From: Octopus bimaculoides
Taxonomy: Eukaryota
Direction of reading: 5' to 3'
Length of the DNA stretch: 64,000 nucleotides
Assembly: GCF_001194135.2 (NCBI RefSeq)
Contig: NC_068990.1
Coordinates: forward strand, 63,311,684 to 63,375,683
The translations under genes were made by a program, and so were the position numbers. Of this stretch, positions 62,600-64,000 are shown in pieces. Every line of letters starts with the position of its first letter. The first letter of the stretch is position 1. Below the pieces are notes generated by a model. That model saw only the letters and a program-made list of their open reading frames with translations, made no database searches and was not told where the DNA came from.

Positions 62600-64000
62600 C
62601 CCAATTCCAAATTACAATTTTACAGACTCGATCCTCATTGCAACTTGCAATGGATTCCCTGAAGGAAATACATCCGACCATCAGGGTAGAACCCTTGCTT
62701 TCTTTCGGACTCCACTTACCTGGTATCAATCGCTCCTAGCTTTCTTGCGACAGGCTTCTATCTTTTCTCGAATATCTCTCGTGACAGGTACCTCTTCTCC
62801 AGCCTTACTGCTGGAGGTGGTAACTAAAAAAATTAACCAACCCCTGGCCAGATACAAAGGTACCCGTCACTATTCCTCTCACACGCGTCTTTCACACTGT
62901 TTCTTTCAGTATGGATACTGCGCAGAAAAAAGCAAGCCTTCCTCTCCCTGTTAAGGGAAGGAGGCGGTACAATCTCGATGATAGACTCAGCCCATAGCTG
63001 TATTCTTCCCATCGATGACAACAGTTGTTCTCTGAAAACCATCGGTCCCGTTAATTGCGGACATTCCACAAATGCGTGCAAAACGATTTCCTTGTCCTCC
63101 CAGCACCTCGGACATGTCGGCGAGACGACACTTCCATGTCTTGACAGTTTATCACGAATAAGTGACGCCGCACGGAAGCACTACTAAGCCAGGGATTTCT
63201 GGTAATTGTCCAAATACCCCGGCCCGAAAGCTCTCCTGAACAGGTTGATCAACTACTTTTCATCGTAGCCCAGGGTTTCCCCCAAGGCATCTTCGGACAT
63301 AACTTCCACTAACCCGCTATAAAAATCTGCGAGTTTTCGCATCTTCAGCCAAGGCATCCCTAGCCCACCCTTTAGCAGACAGGGCGCTTCACAAGTGGTT
63401 TTCCTCCCTTCTACAAAAAGCGGAAAAGGATTCTCTCCAACTTGTTCAGCCACAAATCGGGGCAAGGCACCACAGTCAGATGGTAGTAGATAACTGATGC
63501 TATAAACATCTGCACCACCTCTGCCTTTCCTAGCAAGGATAACGCTCGCCCAGACCAGGTCTGGGTTAGAGCAGTCACCCTGCTAGTCACCTCACTCCAA
63601 TTTTTCTCTCTGGAGGTCTGGGCCAAGCCAGACTCCAAGCAGCTTAACAGGACCTTCTTTCCAACGCCCCACGACGTTATTGGACGCCATCAGCTTGCTC
63701 CTTCAGGTGTCGAGTTGCAAACCGACCGACTTGTCCTTGTTAACTTTTGCTCCTGCCACCGCCTCGTAACGTTTGATAGCCTCTTCCACCACTGGAAGCT
63801 GGCCTTCATCCACCACGATGATGGAGAGGTCATCCGCATACGCCGTAGCTCCTCTGCCACACCACAGATCATTCAGCGTGACCCCTAGTGCCTCCAACGT
63901 CCCCCTCGACCACCTCCATGGTGTCTTCCGAGGGAGTTACATGTTCTGGTGCCACTTTAGAGAGGGTGGGTGTGTTTGATGTTATCGGAACCGGTGTGTG
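62600..64000 (-). mobile_element. L1/Tx1-clade LINE ORF2 3' part (RT plus zinc knuckle), pseudogenised; runs off the window end
   Basis: AYADDLSIIV...YEAVAGAKVNKDKS, VKLLGVWLG, WSGRALSLLGKAEVV, KGGLGMP, CPRCWEDKEIVLHAFVECP; several stops and frameshifts. Confidence 0.9.

Noticed and set aside
62714-62723. acttacctgg, identical to the U1 snRNA 5' end
   Set aside because: The rest of U1 is absent; a 10-mer inside a LINE is compatible with chance

Overview
AT-rich, repeat-dominated eukaryotic DNA from a gapped draft assembly (about 18 N-runs, roughly 5-6 kb, most next to (TA)n tracts). The SINE and LINE families resemble those I associate with cephalopod (Octopus-like) genomes; this is inference from recalled consensus sequences, not a database search. 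I found no intact host gene, tRNA, rRNA or CRISPR array, so the window is intronic or intergenic. It is a mosaic of decayed mobile elements. LINE fragments: a CR1/Zenon-like copy with a duplicated 3' end, a young CR1/L2-group RT, RTE-BovB, L1/Tx1, four R4/Dong-type fragments, and Penelope-like pieces with a degenerate hammerhead ribozyme. DNA elements: a Helitron Rep remnant, pogo and mariner derivatives, and several foldback/MITE structures. It also holds at least four tRNA-derived SINE families and many microsatellites. Most long ORFs in the track are artefacts of N-runs or microsatellites. I see no convincing new biological system. The best leads are the hammerhead-like motif, TAA-targeted R4/Dong copies, dimeric and modular SINEs in inverted pairs (possible dsRNA/ADAR substrates), and an orphan CCCH zinc-finger segment.
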